Virus record (IMG/VR): IMGVR_UViG_3300025131_008220
Location: 19,920-83,919 of that record
Strand: one strand, 5' to 3'
Source: a virus
DNA: 64,000 nucleotides
Shown here: positions 9,203 through 18,019 of the stretch, piece by piece
Layout: each line of letters begins with the position of its first letter
Position numbering within the stretch: the first letter of the stretch is position 1
Notes under the pieces: model-generated
Databases searched by the model: none
What the model saw: the letters and a program-made list of their open reading frames with translations, nothing else
Told to the model about the DNA's origin: nothing
Program-made: the position numbers and the translations under genes

Positions 9203-9888
9203 TATCTTACTCCTGAACCGTAAAGGGCTTCGCACATATCAAATTGCCATTGGTAATCTATATCCAGACACTCTTCCTCTTTCATTGGAAAAAGTTCTAT
9301 GTCTCCCGGTTTATTAAAGTCCCCCATCCAAATACCTTCTCCTATTTTATCCATTCTCCCAGCATATAAACAGTGCGCCGCCTCATATGTTTCTTCCACA
9401 AACTTGGTGTTCATGACAGCTTGTCCTTCTGGCCAAGGTGATATTAGTTTAGAGTCTTTATTCCAAAAGTAGTTCTTTTTTTTCATTACCCCGAACATGC
9501 CTTCTGAATCTGAGTTCACGTAAGCTTCAGTAAAGCGTTCTATTGTCTCTGCTTTCATAAAAGGAGCGCAGGCGTTTATTAAGACACAATATTTAAACGG
9601 CAGCTTATTCCACCACTCGTACATAAGGCTCATAGGCGTACCCTCTGAGTCAGCAGACTCTTTAGATCTGTGAAAAATATTTACATCTTTCCTGTAGCAA
9701 ATAGACTTAAGGTCGTCTTCATAGGCGGAGACGAAAAATTGAGAGCTTGGGATTTTCGAAAATGACATCTTATCTAGAGCTATGTCTAACAGATTGGTTC
9801 CGCAAAAGCTTTTAATCATCTTTTGAGGGACTCTCTGAGAGCCAAGCCTAGCCTGTATTACGAAAACTATATCTTTTATATCTTTCAT
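9202..9888 (-). CDS. neuA: Acylneuraminate (CMP-nonulosonate) cytidylyltransferase family
   Basis: IQARLGSQRVPQKM signature, INACAPF, CLDIDYQWQF. Confidence 0.85.
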   Translation of the reverse strand: MKDIKDIVFVIQARLGSQRVPQKMIKSFCGTNLLDIALDKMSFSKIPSSQFFVSAYEDDLKSICYRKDVNIFHRSKESADSEGTPMSLMYEWWNKLPFKYCVLINACAPFMKAETIERFTEAYVNSDSEGMFGVMKKKNYFWNKDSKLISPWPEGQAVMNTKFVEETYEAAHCLYAGRMDKIGEGIWMGDFNKPGDIELFPMKEEECLDIDYQWQFDMCEALYGSGVR

Positions 9889-10619
9889 TTGTGAAATTTT
9901 TGTCCATCTCCTAGGTTGATGAATTCAGTATCAGGGAAGTGTTCTTTTGTGTATTCCCAAAAATATTTATACTCGGAGTCGTAAAGCTCTTCCGAGAAAA
10001 CAGCTGGTAACAGTTTTTTCCCGGGCTCATGGGCGTGATCTCCTTTGTAAATGGGGTCGTAACCGTCAAGACCCACAAACTTTACCGTTTTGCATCCTAG
10101 GAAAGAGGCGAATAGAATCATTCTGGCGCAAGCGCCAAGCCTGCTATAGAACCTCGTGTGCATAGCAAAATATTTTTCATAATCATCAAACTCATATTCA
10201 AACCAACGGTCATGTACCTCGAACCCTGAGTATGGCTGAAACCTCTCTCTGTATTCGATGAACTCCTTGGATTTTAGGTCAGGTTCCCCCATGAACATTG
10301 CTACATCTATTTTGATTGAAGAGAGCTTGGGGTTTAAATAGAAGTGATTACAAGACCATGTGAAATCTCTTTCTATAGTATCATAGTCAAGTCTATTAGT
10401 TGACGGTCCTCCACCAATTATTAATACTATCTTATCTTTATATTTATTAAAGTGGTCTAAATCAGAATATACAATTTCGTTATTTGCTTTAACTGACTTA
10501 CAAAATTTTTTAAAGCTAGAGCGAAAGTCTCGCACTACCCATTGCGGGAATGGTTCTGTAGCTCGGTCATGTTGAAAACAGCTGTCCATGAATTTGTTTT
10601 CTTTAATCTCTAGTGCCAT
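9885..10619 (-). CDS. Maf/DUF115/GT42-like nonulosonate transferase candidate
   Basis: IIGGGPST, SCNHFY, LGCKTVKFVGLDGY, FINLG. Confidence 0.6.
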   Translation of the reverse strand: MALEIKENKFMDSCFQHDRATEPFPQWVVRDFRSSFKKFCKSVKANNEIVYSDLDHFNKYKDKIVLIIGGGPSTNRLDYDTIERDFTWSCNHFYLNPKLSSIKIDVAMFMGEPDLKSKEFIEYRERFQPYSGFEVHDRWFEYEFDDYEKYFAMHTRFYSRLGACARMILFASFLGCKTVKFVGLDGYDPIYKGDHAHEPGKKLLPAVFSEELYDSEYKYFWEYTKEHFPDTEFINLGDGQKFHK

Positions 10620-10915
10620 ATTTCATAGTTTTCAGTGAACCTATTCGGCCGTGCGTGCCAATGTAAGTGGTCGGGGACTTCCCTTTGGGTTTTATCGATA
10701 TAGAACTTTTCTTTTCCGAATTTTATCTCTCCGACTCTCTCTAGGGCGTTTTGCATGTCGGTTGCGTCCTTTTCGGAGATATCCATCGTGTGCAAAGGCT
10801 CTCCCCTCCAAACCACCATAGGAAGAATACAGCTCATGCAGTCCATAATGATCCATCTAGGATCAGAGTCGTCATAAGTATGAAGAACTGTTTTTAGTTC
10901 ACAAAGCGGGCACAT
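10610..10915 (-). CDS. HIT-like nucleotide hydrolase/transferase
   Basis: N-terminal CPLC and C-terminal HLHWH (HxHxH) triad; start set at ATG 10915. Confidence 0.6.
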   Translation of the reverse strand: MCPLCELKTVLHTYDDSDPRWIIMDCMSCILPMVVWRGEPLHTMDISEKDATDMQNALERVGEIKFGKEKFYIDKTQREVPDHLHWHARPNRFTENYEIWH

Positions 10916-10916
10916 T

Positions 10917-11753
10917 TTATCCTCTAAGTTTTTCTCTAGCTGATTTTTCTGATTCAGCAACCTTGATTTTTCCGTCACCAAACGCTTGCTCTAGTTCTCT
11001 TATTCCGCTGACTAATTTAAACAAACCTTGCGGCTCTATAGAGCTAAGATGGTCTGACCCCCACATTGTTCTATCTAAAGTTATGTGCCTTTCTATAATA
11101 GTAGCTCCAAGATAAACAGCGGCTACAGAAGTTCCTAGCCTAAATTCATGACCACTATAGCCAACTTCGCAAGCGTATTTTTCTTTCATTGTCTTAATGC
11201 AAGATAAATTTAATTCATCTATGGGTGCAGGGTAAGTTGAGTTGCAATGTAGTATGGCGTAGTCGTGCATCTCAGGCCCCGGTTCAAGAACACAGATTGC
11301 TTCATGTATCTCTTCTTCTGTGCTCATCCCCGTGGATAAAATCACCTTCTTGCCGCTTTTAGCAGAGGCTTTTATTAGCTCAAGGTTGGTTAGCATAGCA
11401 GAGGGAATCTTAATAAAGGGGACGTCGTACTGAAGTAAAAACTCTAAGCTGTCTAAGTCCCAAGGCGAGGCACTCCAAGCTATGCCCTGCTGCCTGCAAT
11501 ACTTGTCAATAATGTCGTATTCCTTTTCCCAGAACTCTACTTTATATTTATATTCCAAGTACGTCATTCTGCCCCAAGGGGTATCTCGCGCTAGACTTTT
11601 CTGGTGCTCAGGCACACATACGTCAGGGTTTCTTTTTTGAAATTTAACTGCATCGCATCCAGAAGCGGCAGCTATATCAATCAGTCTTTTGGCTGTATCT
11701 AGGGAGCCGTTATGGTTTATTCCTATTTCTGCTATAATGTAAGTCTTGTTCAT
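10917..11753 (-). CDS. neuB: NeuB-family nonulosonate synthase, short form lacking SAF domain
   Basis: IIAEIGINHNG, VKFQKR, SPWD, KIPSA, STGMS, HCNSTYP, GYSGHE, IERHITLD; start at ATG 11753 (ATGA overlap). Confidence 0.92.
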   Translation of the reverse strand: MNKTYIIAEIGINHNGSLDTAKRLIDIAAASGCDAVKFQKRNPDVCVPEHQKSLARDTPWGRMTYLEYKYKVEFWEKEYDIIDKYCRQQGIAWSASPWDLDSLEFLLQYDVPFIKIPSAMLTNLELIKASAKSGKKVILSTGMSTEEEIHEAICVLEPGPEMHDYAILHCNSTYPAPIDELNLSCIKTMKEKYACEVGYSGHEFRLGTSVAAVYLGATIIERHITLDRTMWGSDHLSSIEPQGLFKLVSGIRELEQAFGDGKIKVAESEKSAREKLRG

Positions 11754-12415
11754 GATAAGATGTTTAATTTTATATTTTTGCTTTCTACCCACTCTTTTAT
11801 ACTTGGCACCGCTTCTGCATTCAAAATTATATCCCAAGGAATCTCGCATCCTTTATTGTCCATGAAGGCTTTATCTTCTTCTTTATAGAAGTGGCTCCCA
11901 TGTTTATCAAGGTCCCACCCTATTGTGGTTATTGACTTAACTCCTACGTGGATTGCGGTATGTAAAACGCTCTCCAACATAATACCGGGGCCTGTTTGCC
12001 TTTTCTCTCCTGTTTTCTTTAATAAAAAATCATCGTAATTTCTTTTAACGGCTAAAGTATTGTCTTTTCCTCCTATTTGTTCTATTAGGGGGACCTGAAA
12101 AAATAAATCAAAATCTTGGTCTAAGCTCCACCTTTGTCCTCTGGGGTAATTGCTGCTTGCTATAACAACATCTGGCCTACTATCTATATACCTGTAAGGT
12201 ATATTCATATAGTCAGGGGGTAGATTGGAGCAGTTCCAAAAATGAAAATCTGTCTCTTCTTTGAATTCATTGTAAGCTTGTTTGATGGAAAAGACTAAGC
12301 TGGTTTTGAGCCTGTCTCTTATTTCTTGGTTATCATACTTAGATAAAGATGGACCACAGGCTAAAATGTAACAGTCTCGGCCTTGTTCTGAATTATGTAA
12401 GTCTTCTATCTTCAT
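11750..12415 (-). CDS. Maf/DUF115-like protein
   Basis: CYILACGPSL, GVKSITTIGWDL, SHFY. Confidence 0.55.
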   Translation of the reverse strand: MKIEDLHNSEQGRDCYILACGPSLSKYDNQEIRDRLKTSLVFSIKQAYNEFKEETDFHFWNCSNLPPDYMNIPYRYIDSRPDVVIASSNYPRGQRWSLDQDFDLFFQVPLIEQIGGKDNTLAVKRNYDDFLLKKTGEKRQTGPGIMLESVLHTAIHVGVKSITTIGWDLDKHGSHFYKEEDKAFMDNKGCEIPWDIILNAEAVPSIKEWVESKNIKLNILS

Positions 12416-13371
12416 TCCTTTACATATAAGAAATCAGCTAACGCGATCTTGTTTAGGGGTAGGTTCTCGAAAGTCTCTCTTTTTATGCTCATCTGCTGCT
12501 TTGCATTCCAGCTATCGGGGTGACAAACGTAGTCAATGGTAAGTAACTCTCTATCATTCCTAATGCATTTCTGGCCTTTGTGAAAACCATTGGTCATGGC
12601 TAGCGCTACATCTCCTTTCTTTCCTGTTATATGTTTGATTTTATCTTTTCCATAAAAGGCTTCTATTTCATCATCTTCCCACCTGTATTTCTGCAATATG
12701 TTGTCTGGTTTATTATCTACGCTGCCTTCTACGTAGGTAAACGGACCGTCCTCAGGCGATAAAACATCTTTTAGGTATACAAAAACTTTAAAAAAGTAAG
12801 GAGAGTTAGGGTCGATATGATACATCGTTGTGTTTTCGCTCTTCAAGTTATTAGCGAAACTTTTTCTTAGATTCAGGGTTCCTATGGCGGGCGCGCATCT
12901 AAAAAAGCTTTTAGCAATAGATGTTAGTCTATTGTCGAATATTATATCGCTTATTTCTGGTATGTTGTAAAGCGGCTCAGGTATAGAGAGGAATAACTCT
13001 GTGTCCCGTGCTTCTTTTTGGGTTAGTTTATTATTATTTTCTCCTACTTGTCTGCCTAGGTTGCTGTCTAATGGCATAGGCCCGCCGTCTAAAAAATAAT
13101 TTAATTTATCACTTATTTTATTTAAAGTGTCGATTTTATGATCTAATCCTCCCTCTATTTTAGCCCATCCTTTTTGGTAAAGTTCTTTAACTATATCTTT
13201 TTCTTTTTCTATATCTTTGTCGAGTATATAATACTTTGACCTCCTGTCCTCTATGCATTTTAAAACAAGGTTAAGGTCTTCTTCTTTGAAGTGAGAAATC
13301 GTTCCGTCCTGCTTGACAGACAAGCCAGAGTTCTTCCTGTTTGGGAGTTTTGGTTTATTATTCGACCACAT
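12412..13371 (-). CDS. PhyH-type 2OG-Fe(II) dioxygenase
   Basis: HID (HxD), KVFVYLKDV..EDGPFTYVEGS, GKKGD..FHKG, distal R. Confidence 0.8.
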   Translation of the reverse strand: MWSNNKPKLPNRKNSGLSVKQDGTISHFKEEDLNLVLKCIEDRRSKYYILDKDIEKEKDIVKELYQKGWAKIEGGLDHKIDTLNKISDKLNYFLDGGPMPLDSNLGRQVGENNNKLTQKEARDTELFLSIPEPLYNIPEISDIIFDNRLTSIAKSFFRCAPAIGTLNLRKSFANNLKSENTTMYHIDPNSPYFFKVFVYLKDVLSPEDGPFTYVEGSVDNKPDNILQKYRWEDDEIEAFYGKDKIKHITGKKGDVALAMTNGFHKGQKCIRNDRELLTIDYVCHPDSWNAKQQMSIKRETFENLPLNKIALADFLYVKE

Positions 13372-14266
13372 ACATAAAATCAATCAAAGGTTCATTTCTT
13401 TGTCCTATTTTTCTGCAGGTCTCTGGTTTGATATCTATATATGATTTCGCACTCCAGTCTTCTGGGCCACAAACGAAGTTCAGGGTTAGCATTGTTCTGT
13501 CTTTGGATACGACTTTCTGCCCTTTATGGTATCCGGTAGTTACAGCCGTTAGAACATCTCCTTTTTTAGCGGTGAGGGGTTTTATTTTTTCTTTGCCGTA
13601 TATTCTCTCTATATCCTCGTCTGGCACTCTATGGTTTTCCAACCATCCTTTAGGTTTCTCATAAGCAGACCCTTCAACATAGGTAAGCGGCCCATCGTCT
13701 ATCTCTTCTACGTCATCTAGATATAGGAAGAACTTAAGCAGGTAAGGGGAGTTCCTATCGCAATGATACAAGGTTGTTTGGGCGTGTGGCAGGGTGTTGG
13801 CGAAGCTTTTTCTAAGATTTAATGTCCCTACCGCTGGCATACATTTAAAATAGCATTTCGCTATATCAATTATTCTGTCATCAAATAGTATGTCTCCTAT
13901 CTCTGGTACGTTATAGAGAGGGTTTACTACGCTCATAAAAAGCTCTTTCTCTCGCGCTTCTGATTGAGGTGGTTTAGTATCTTTAAGTAGGCCATACTTA
14001 CAATGCTCTCCTCCTTTATCTAAATAAAAATCAAGCTTATCTTTAATGCTGTCAATTACGTCGATCTTATCCGAAAACAGAGAGTCTAGTTTGTACCAGC
14101 CTTTGTTGTTAAGAACGTCCACAATGCTTTGTTTTGAGCTCGACTCAGCCTCTGTCAGCGGGTATTTTGCTGCTCTAGTTTGTAGGGATTTTAAAAGAAG
14201 GCTTAAATCTTCCTCGCCTCTCTTCATGCAGAATGAAGAAGGAATCTTAACTGTTTTATTATTCAT
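13358..14266 (-). CDS. PhyH-type 2OG-Fe(II) dioxygenase (close paralogue of 12412..13371)
   Basis: HCD, KFFLYLDDV..DDGPLTYVEGS, AKKGD..YHKG, R; shares GTLNLRKSFAN with the neighbour. Confidence 0.8.
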   Translation of the reverse strand: MNNKTVKIPSSFCMKRGEEDLSLLLKSLQTRAAKYPLTEAESSSKQSIVDVLNNKGWYKLDSLFSDKIDVIDSIKDKLDFYLDKGGEHCKYGLLKDTKPPQSEAREKELFMSVVNPLYNVPEIGDILFDDRIIDIAKCYFKCMPAVGTLNLRKSFANTLPHAQTTLYHCDRNSPYLLKFFLYLDDVEEIDDGPLTYVEGSAYEKPKGWLENHRVPDEDIERIYGKEKIKPLTAKKGDVLTAVTTGYHKGQKVVSKDRTMLTLNFVCGPEDWSAKSYIDIKPETCRKIGQRNEPLIDFMYVVE

Positions 14267-14275
14267 GCTTTTGTA

Positions 14276-14304
14276 ATTATAACAAGAACATGATCAATTG
14301 TCAA
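14276..14304 (-). promoter_or_regulatory. Consensus sigma-70-type promoter, near-leaderless
   Basis: TTGACA-17 nt-TATAAT on minus strand; 9 nt from the -10 to the ATG at 14266. Confidence 0.85.
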
Positions 14305-14358
14305 GGCAGAATAATTATTTACATGCTGCGGTCTCTGCCGTTTTAGCTGCACCTACTC

Positions 14359-15171
14359 CTATACACTAATTTTCTCTGGGTTGGGGTCAACTACTCCAAC
14401 TTTTTCAAAGCTCGTTGTATACTTCTTGTTTATAAAATCTATTCTATTCAGAGAGGGCTTGACTCTTATATTAATTACATCTCGGTAGCCTTCTATGATA
14501 GGGTTAGCTCGATGGCCTATGTTATTATTAAATGAGAATGTAGTACCTTTGGGTCCGGTAATTGTTGTGGGTTCGTGTCCTACGGCTTGAAGCTCTTTTA
14601 CTTCTTTATTTACTCTGGAGCCATTCGGTGCGTTGTTCCATTTACCTGGCCCAACTCTAGTCCCATTGAACAAATAACCTTTACCGTCTGGCTTAACTAG
14701 ATACTCAAAGGGAGAATTTTTTGCAGAAACATTATTTAAATATATAATATTTTTAACTATTTCATCTGGGTTGTTGTCGTAATGCCATATATAAGAAGAG
14801 TCTCTCTCGCATTTGGTAGTTCTATATACATAAATTTTATCAACATATAGGTAGCAGCCGTACATAGTTTTTTCTAAATGAGGAGCAATGAAACTAGACA
14901 TTGTTTCTAGTTGTTCTCTTATACTCCATATGTCTGGATGTTTAAGTATAATGCTTTGCTCGTTGCTATTAGAAAAATAATCAAAGACTCTTTGGGCTGC
15001 GCTGTCTACGGCCAATTGGTAGTCTGCGCTAAAAGTGTTGGTGGGAACGGGTCTGGCGGGGTCATTATAAAAATTTTCAAACTTAGGTGGTATCAGCTCC
15101 CTGTTTTCTTGCCTCCATTTCTCTCGGCATGCTATGAAGTATTCTTTATAGTTCATTATTAATTTTTTCAT
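14359..15171 (-). CDS. PhyH-type 2OG-Fe(II) dioxygenase (divergent)
   Basis: WHYD, KNIIYLNNV, GPKGT.F.FNNNIGHRA, R. Confidence 0.7.
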   Translation of the reverse strand: MKKLIMNYKEYFIACREKWRQENRELIPPKFENFYNDPARPVPTNTFSADYQLAVDSAAQRVFDYFSNSNEQSIILKHPDIWSIREQLETMSSFIAPHLEKTMYGCYLYVDKIYVYRTTKCERDSSYIWHYDNNPDEIVKNIIYLNNVSAKNSPFEYLVKPDGKGYLFNGTRVGPGKWNNAPNGSRVNKEVKELQAVGHEPTTITGPKGTTFSFNNNIGHRANPIIEGYRDVINIRVKPSLNRIDFINKKYTTSFEKVGVVDPNPEKISV

Positions 15172-15178
15172 ACTATTT

Positions 15179-15239
15179 GTCTTGCTTTACTTAAGCTAAC
15201 AAAAACTTATCCACTTGTCAAGTCTTTTTTAAATCTTTT
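15179..15239 (-). repeat. 61-bp dispersed repeat, copy 1 (promoter TTGACA-17-TAGCTT)
   Basis: Reverse complement matches 28326..28386 at 58/61 positions by manual alignment. Confidence 0.9.
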
Positions 15240-15288
15240 ATTGTATTACGCTTATTTGGTTGAAATAGTCGTGTTTTTTGTCCAATTA

Positions 15289-16056
15289 TTACAACATATG
15301 TAGCTTTTGCTTGGCGTGAGCTATCATCCATCTGTCTTTCTTGTCTAGGTGAGCCCTGAGATGGTCGTCTATTTGCTTAAGCATCTCTGGTTTCTCTCCC
15401 ATATGTTGGTCTCTGACCTTTTGTATGCCCTGTACAACCTTCAGCAGAGTGGAGCTAGCTCCTCTGGATGGTATAGCGAAGGGGGCTATGGCTGAAACGA
15501 TCTTCAACCCAATCGATAAAACTACTAAAAATATAACAATTCCAACTATCCAATAGACTTTACCCATTAGACTAGAATACTTAGTAGCGGCAAGGGCGTT
15601 CTCTTGGTTGACGGCTTTAAGTTGTACGTTCGCGGTGTTTAGCTGGCTGCTTAAGACCCTGTTCCGGTTCTGTATAGCTATTAGTTCCTTGTCCATTACT
15701 GCTAGCTCGGCTTGCCCTTTTTCTACTACCTTTGGGTCATCAGAGAGAAGGTCTGTAATCATAGTGTCAGACTTTAACGCGTTTGCTGCTTGAGGTGGCC
15801 CTAGGGCTGTTATGCTGCGAGTAGTCATTGATTTAGCAACGTTAGAATGCTTGGATGGTTCCGGGTCTTTTTGAAGTGCTTGGTCTGCCGCGTATACAAA
15901 AGTCCTACCACTCTCGACTTGCTTGTTTTCGTTCTCGGTCTGCTTTCTCTCTATGCTCTGCACAACCGCCTCCTTCTTGTTGAACTTGCCTAATGGGGTA
16001 GCGCAACCACCTACTACCACTAAGCATAACGCTAGGATATAAAATACATCTTTCAT
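15289..16056 (-). CDS. Lipoprotein with coiled coil and C-terminal transmembrane helix (u-spanin-like)
   Basis: Signal peptide ending VGG-C, heptad-rich middle region, hydrophobic VYWIVGIVIFLVVLSIGL. Confidence 0.55.
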   Translation of the reverse strand: MKDVFYILALCLVVVGGCATPLGKFNKKEAVVQSIERKQTENENKQVESGRTFVYAADQALQKDPEPSKHSNVAKSMTTRSITALGPPQAANALKSDTMITDLLSDDPKVVEKGQAELAVMDKELIAIQNRNRVLSSQLNTANVQLKAVNQENALAATKYSSLMGKVYWIVGIVIFLVVLSIGLKIVSAIAPFAIPSRGASSTLLKVVQGIQKVRDQHMGEKPEMLKQIDDHLRAHLDKKDRWMIAHAKQKLHML

Positions 16057-16601
16057 AAATACTTCTCCTTTATCGTTTTAAGAGCTTTCATGGCCTTATC
16101 CAAATTTAAATCAATATTGCTGCTCTTGAAGCCTTTCTCTATGTAATCTAGGTATTTAACTCTAGATTCTTTATATGATGGTACCGAGGGGTCAGAGTCG
16201 CAGTATTCTTGCACGGCTTCGGAAAAGAATATTATTAAAATTAGACATAGTTTAGATGCTTCTTCTGAAGGCTTATCTGTATTAAAAGATATGTTTTTTA
16301 TATTTTTTAAACAGAAAAAGTATTTATAAAAAGCTCCAGATAGGAATTCACATTCTTTAGTATCTAACCCTTCCTTGGAGCCCTCTTTGAAAACCATCAA
16401 TAAGGCGGACAGTTTAGGGTGTAGCTCTAGAAGCTTTTTTTTATTTAGACGCTTTTTTGCAGCGTGCTGGACGACTAAAAGGACATCTTCATGTTCGTCT
16501 GTGATCTTTTCGACCACTTTTTCTTCGACTTTTAGTAAGTGAGAAATGTAGTTGACTGCTACATTATCTATAATATTATCTTTTGTCCTTTGTTTAGCCA
16601 C
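16053..16601 (-). CDS. Hypothetical protein
   Basis: 182-aa ORF packed between neighbours; no motif recognised. Confidence 0.6.
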   Translation of the reverse strand: MAKQRTKDNIIDNVAVNYISHLLKVEEKVVEKITDEHEDVLLVVQHAAKKRLNKKKLLELHPKLSALLMVFKEGSKEGLDTKECEFLSGAFYKYFFCLKNIKNISFNTDKPSEEASKLCLILIIFFSEAVQEYCDSDPSVPSYKESRVKYLDYIEKGFKSSNIDLNLDKAMKALKTIKEKYL

Positions 16602-16602
16602 C

Positions 16603-16944
16603 TCACATCTTATCTTTATGCTTGATGCCTCGTCTTTTTTTAGAGTATCTCTGCTCTGCTTTTTCTCTGACTGGGTCTACCCCGTTGTTGTCTTTTTTTC
16701 TTTTAGAGCTTAGCTCTGCAGAATAATCCCATATGTCCCCCATTGTCCCTTTCATATTTTTAGTTTTTTCTGTAAACTGCTGAGCAGAAAATGGATCAAC
16801 ATTGCTATCAATAGAAGCATTAGGGACCGTAAAGACCCTGCTAAAGACTTTGCCTTTTTCAGAATAAGCATGCTCTTCGTCTATAGCTTGAATTATAGAT
16901 ATTACTTCTCCTGTCTCGGGGTTTTCAAATAAATATTCAGGCAT
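16603..16944 (-). CDS. FmdB-like small phage protein (Cys-less variant)
   Basis: MPEYLFENPETGE N-terminus resembles MPxYxY FmdB-type proteins; basic C-terminus. Confidence 0.5.
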   Translation of the reverse strand: MPEYLFENPETGEVISIIQAIDEEHAYSEKGKVFSRVFTVPNASIDSNVDPFSAQQFTEKTKNMKGTMGDIWDYSAELSSKRKKDNNGVDPVREKAEQRYSKKRRGIKHKDKM

Positions 16945-18019
16945 TACCTAAAAATTCTAAGATTTTATTAGTAGTCTTTTCGTAGGTAAACTCGTCCTGA
17001 AGTTTAAGTCCAGCCGAATTGAGTCTGTCGAACTCTACCTTTTCTATGGCTTTTTCGCAGCCATTAATAAAAGACTCTTCATCAAAATCAAAGATCCTTC
17101 CTTGGTTATACTCAGCTCCGGCTTTAAAGAAAACTCCATCTTCGGATGGTATTTTGCCAGAAGGTTCAATTAATGTAGAATTTTCTGGATTAGCCCATTC
17201 CTTATACCCAGTAGCATTCATTATGACTGAGTGTTTCCCTATCGCTACTGAATGAAACTCGGGTAGTCCCCAGCCCTCCGCTCCAGACATACCTACAACA
17301 ATATCTCCAGAATTAAGAAAGTCATTGTAGACTAAATTCTTATCCATGAAGTCTAGAAACTGTATATTGAAATAGTTTTTATCACCTAGAATCCTATTTA
17401 TTAAAGCTGGCATCTCTTTTTTTAGGAAAGGATTATGGATGGCGCATTGTAGGTGGTACCTTTTGTCGTTGCCAAACTTCTTAGCCCAAGCCTTGATTAT
17501 CTTGTTGTGTCTTTTTCTTTTTTCTAGCTTGCCACAAAGGTTGAAAACAATCCTGTTGTCATCGTAGTATTTTTTATCTAATCTTTTAAAATGATATTTA
17601 TCAAAGCCAAGAGGTATAAGGTCAGCTTTTAGTCCAAAGTTAGAAAAGACATCTACGGAGTGCTTGCTTGAGAAGATTAATCGATCAGCATTAGAGGCTA
17701 TGTTAACCTCTGATGGCGTAGGCGCATCTAATTCGTAAAAAGAAAAAAGAACTCTTTTAGAGGAAACGCTGTTTAGAGCTGAGGCATTAAGATGCCAGAG
17801 CATAAAGACGGGTTGTTCTTTCTTGTGAAATTTTGGCCCCTTAGCTATGCAGCTTTTAAGCCATTTAAGGAACTCTGGTTCAATGTTGAACGAAGAAACA
17901 TCCTCGTTTATAGGAAAAAGGCTCGGCTCAAGCCCCTTATTGTAAATCTCTCTGAGAAGACAATGGGAAACTTGGCCGAAACTTAAATTGTTAACCGGAA
18001 GCTGTAAGGCAAAATCCAT
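16937..18019 (-). CDS. GT-B glycosyltransferase (GT4-like)
   Basis: IPLGFD, GKLEKRK, EGWGLPEFHS donor-binding motif. Confidence 0.8.
   Translation of the reverse strand: MDFALQLPVNNLSFGQVSHCLLREIYNKGLEPSLFPINEDVSSFNIEPEFLKWLKSCIAKGPKFHKKEQPVFMLWHLNASALNSVSSKRVLFSFYELDAPTPSEVNIASNADRLIFSSKHSVDVFSNFGLKADLIPLGFDKYHFKRLDKKYYDDNRIVFNLCGKLEKRKRHNKIIKAWAKKFGNDKRYHLQCAIHNPFLKKEMPALINRILGDKNYFNIQFLDFMDKNLVYNDFLNSGDIVVGMSGAEGWGLPEFHSVAIGKHSVIMNATGYKEWANPENSTLIEPSGKIPSEDGVFFKAGAEYNQGRIFDFDEESFINGCEKAIEKVEFDRLNSAGLKLQDEFTYEKTTNKILEFLGNA

Noticed and set aside
14305-14358. GGCAGA/TCTGCC inverted repeat between two dioxygenase genes
   Set aside because: Only 6 bp with a long loop and no clear U tract; too weak to call a terminator or RNA
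2-15171. Interpretation as a bacterial O-antigen/capsule locus
   Set aside because: No flippase, polymerase, ABC exporter or housekeeping genes; contiguous with phage-type genes and shares a promoter repeat with the phage region
12412-18019. Dioxygenases plus glycosyltransferases as a TET/JBP-type DNA hypermodification system
   Set aside because: The dioxygenases look PhyH-like rather than TET/JBP-like, no cytosine methyltransferase or hydroxymethylase is in the window, and common restriction sites appear frequent; not excluded, but unsupported
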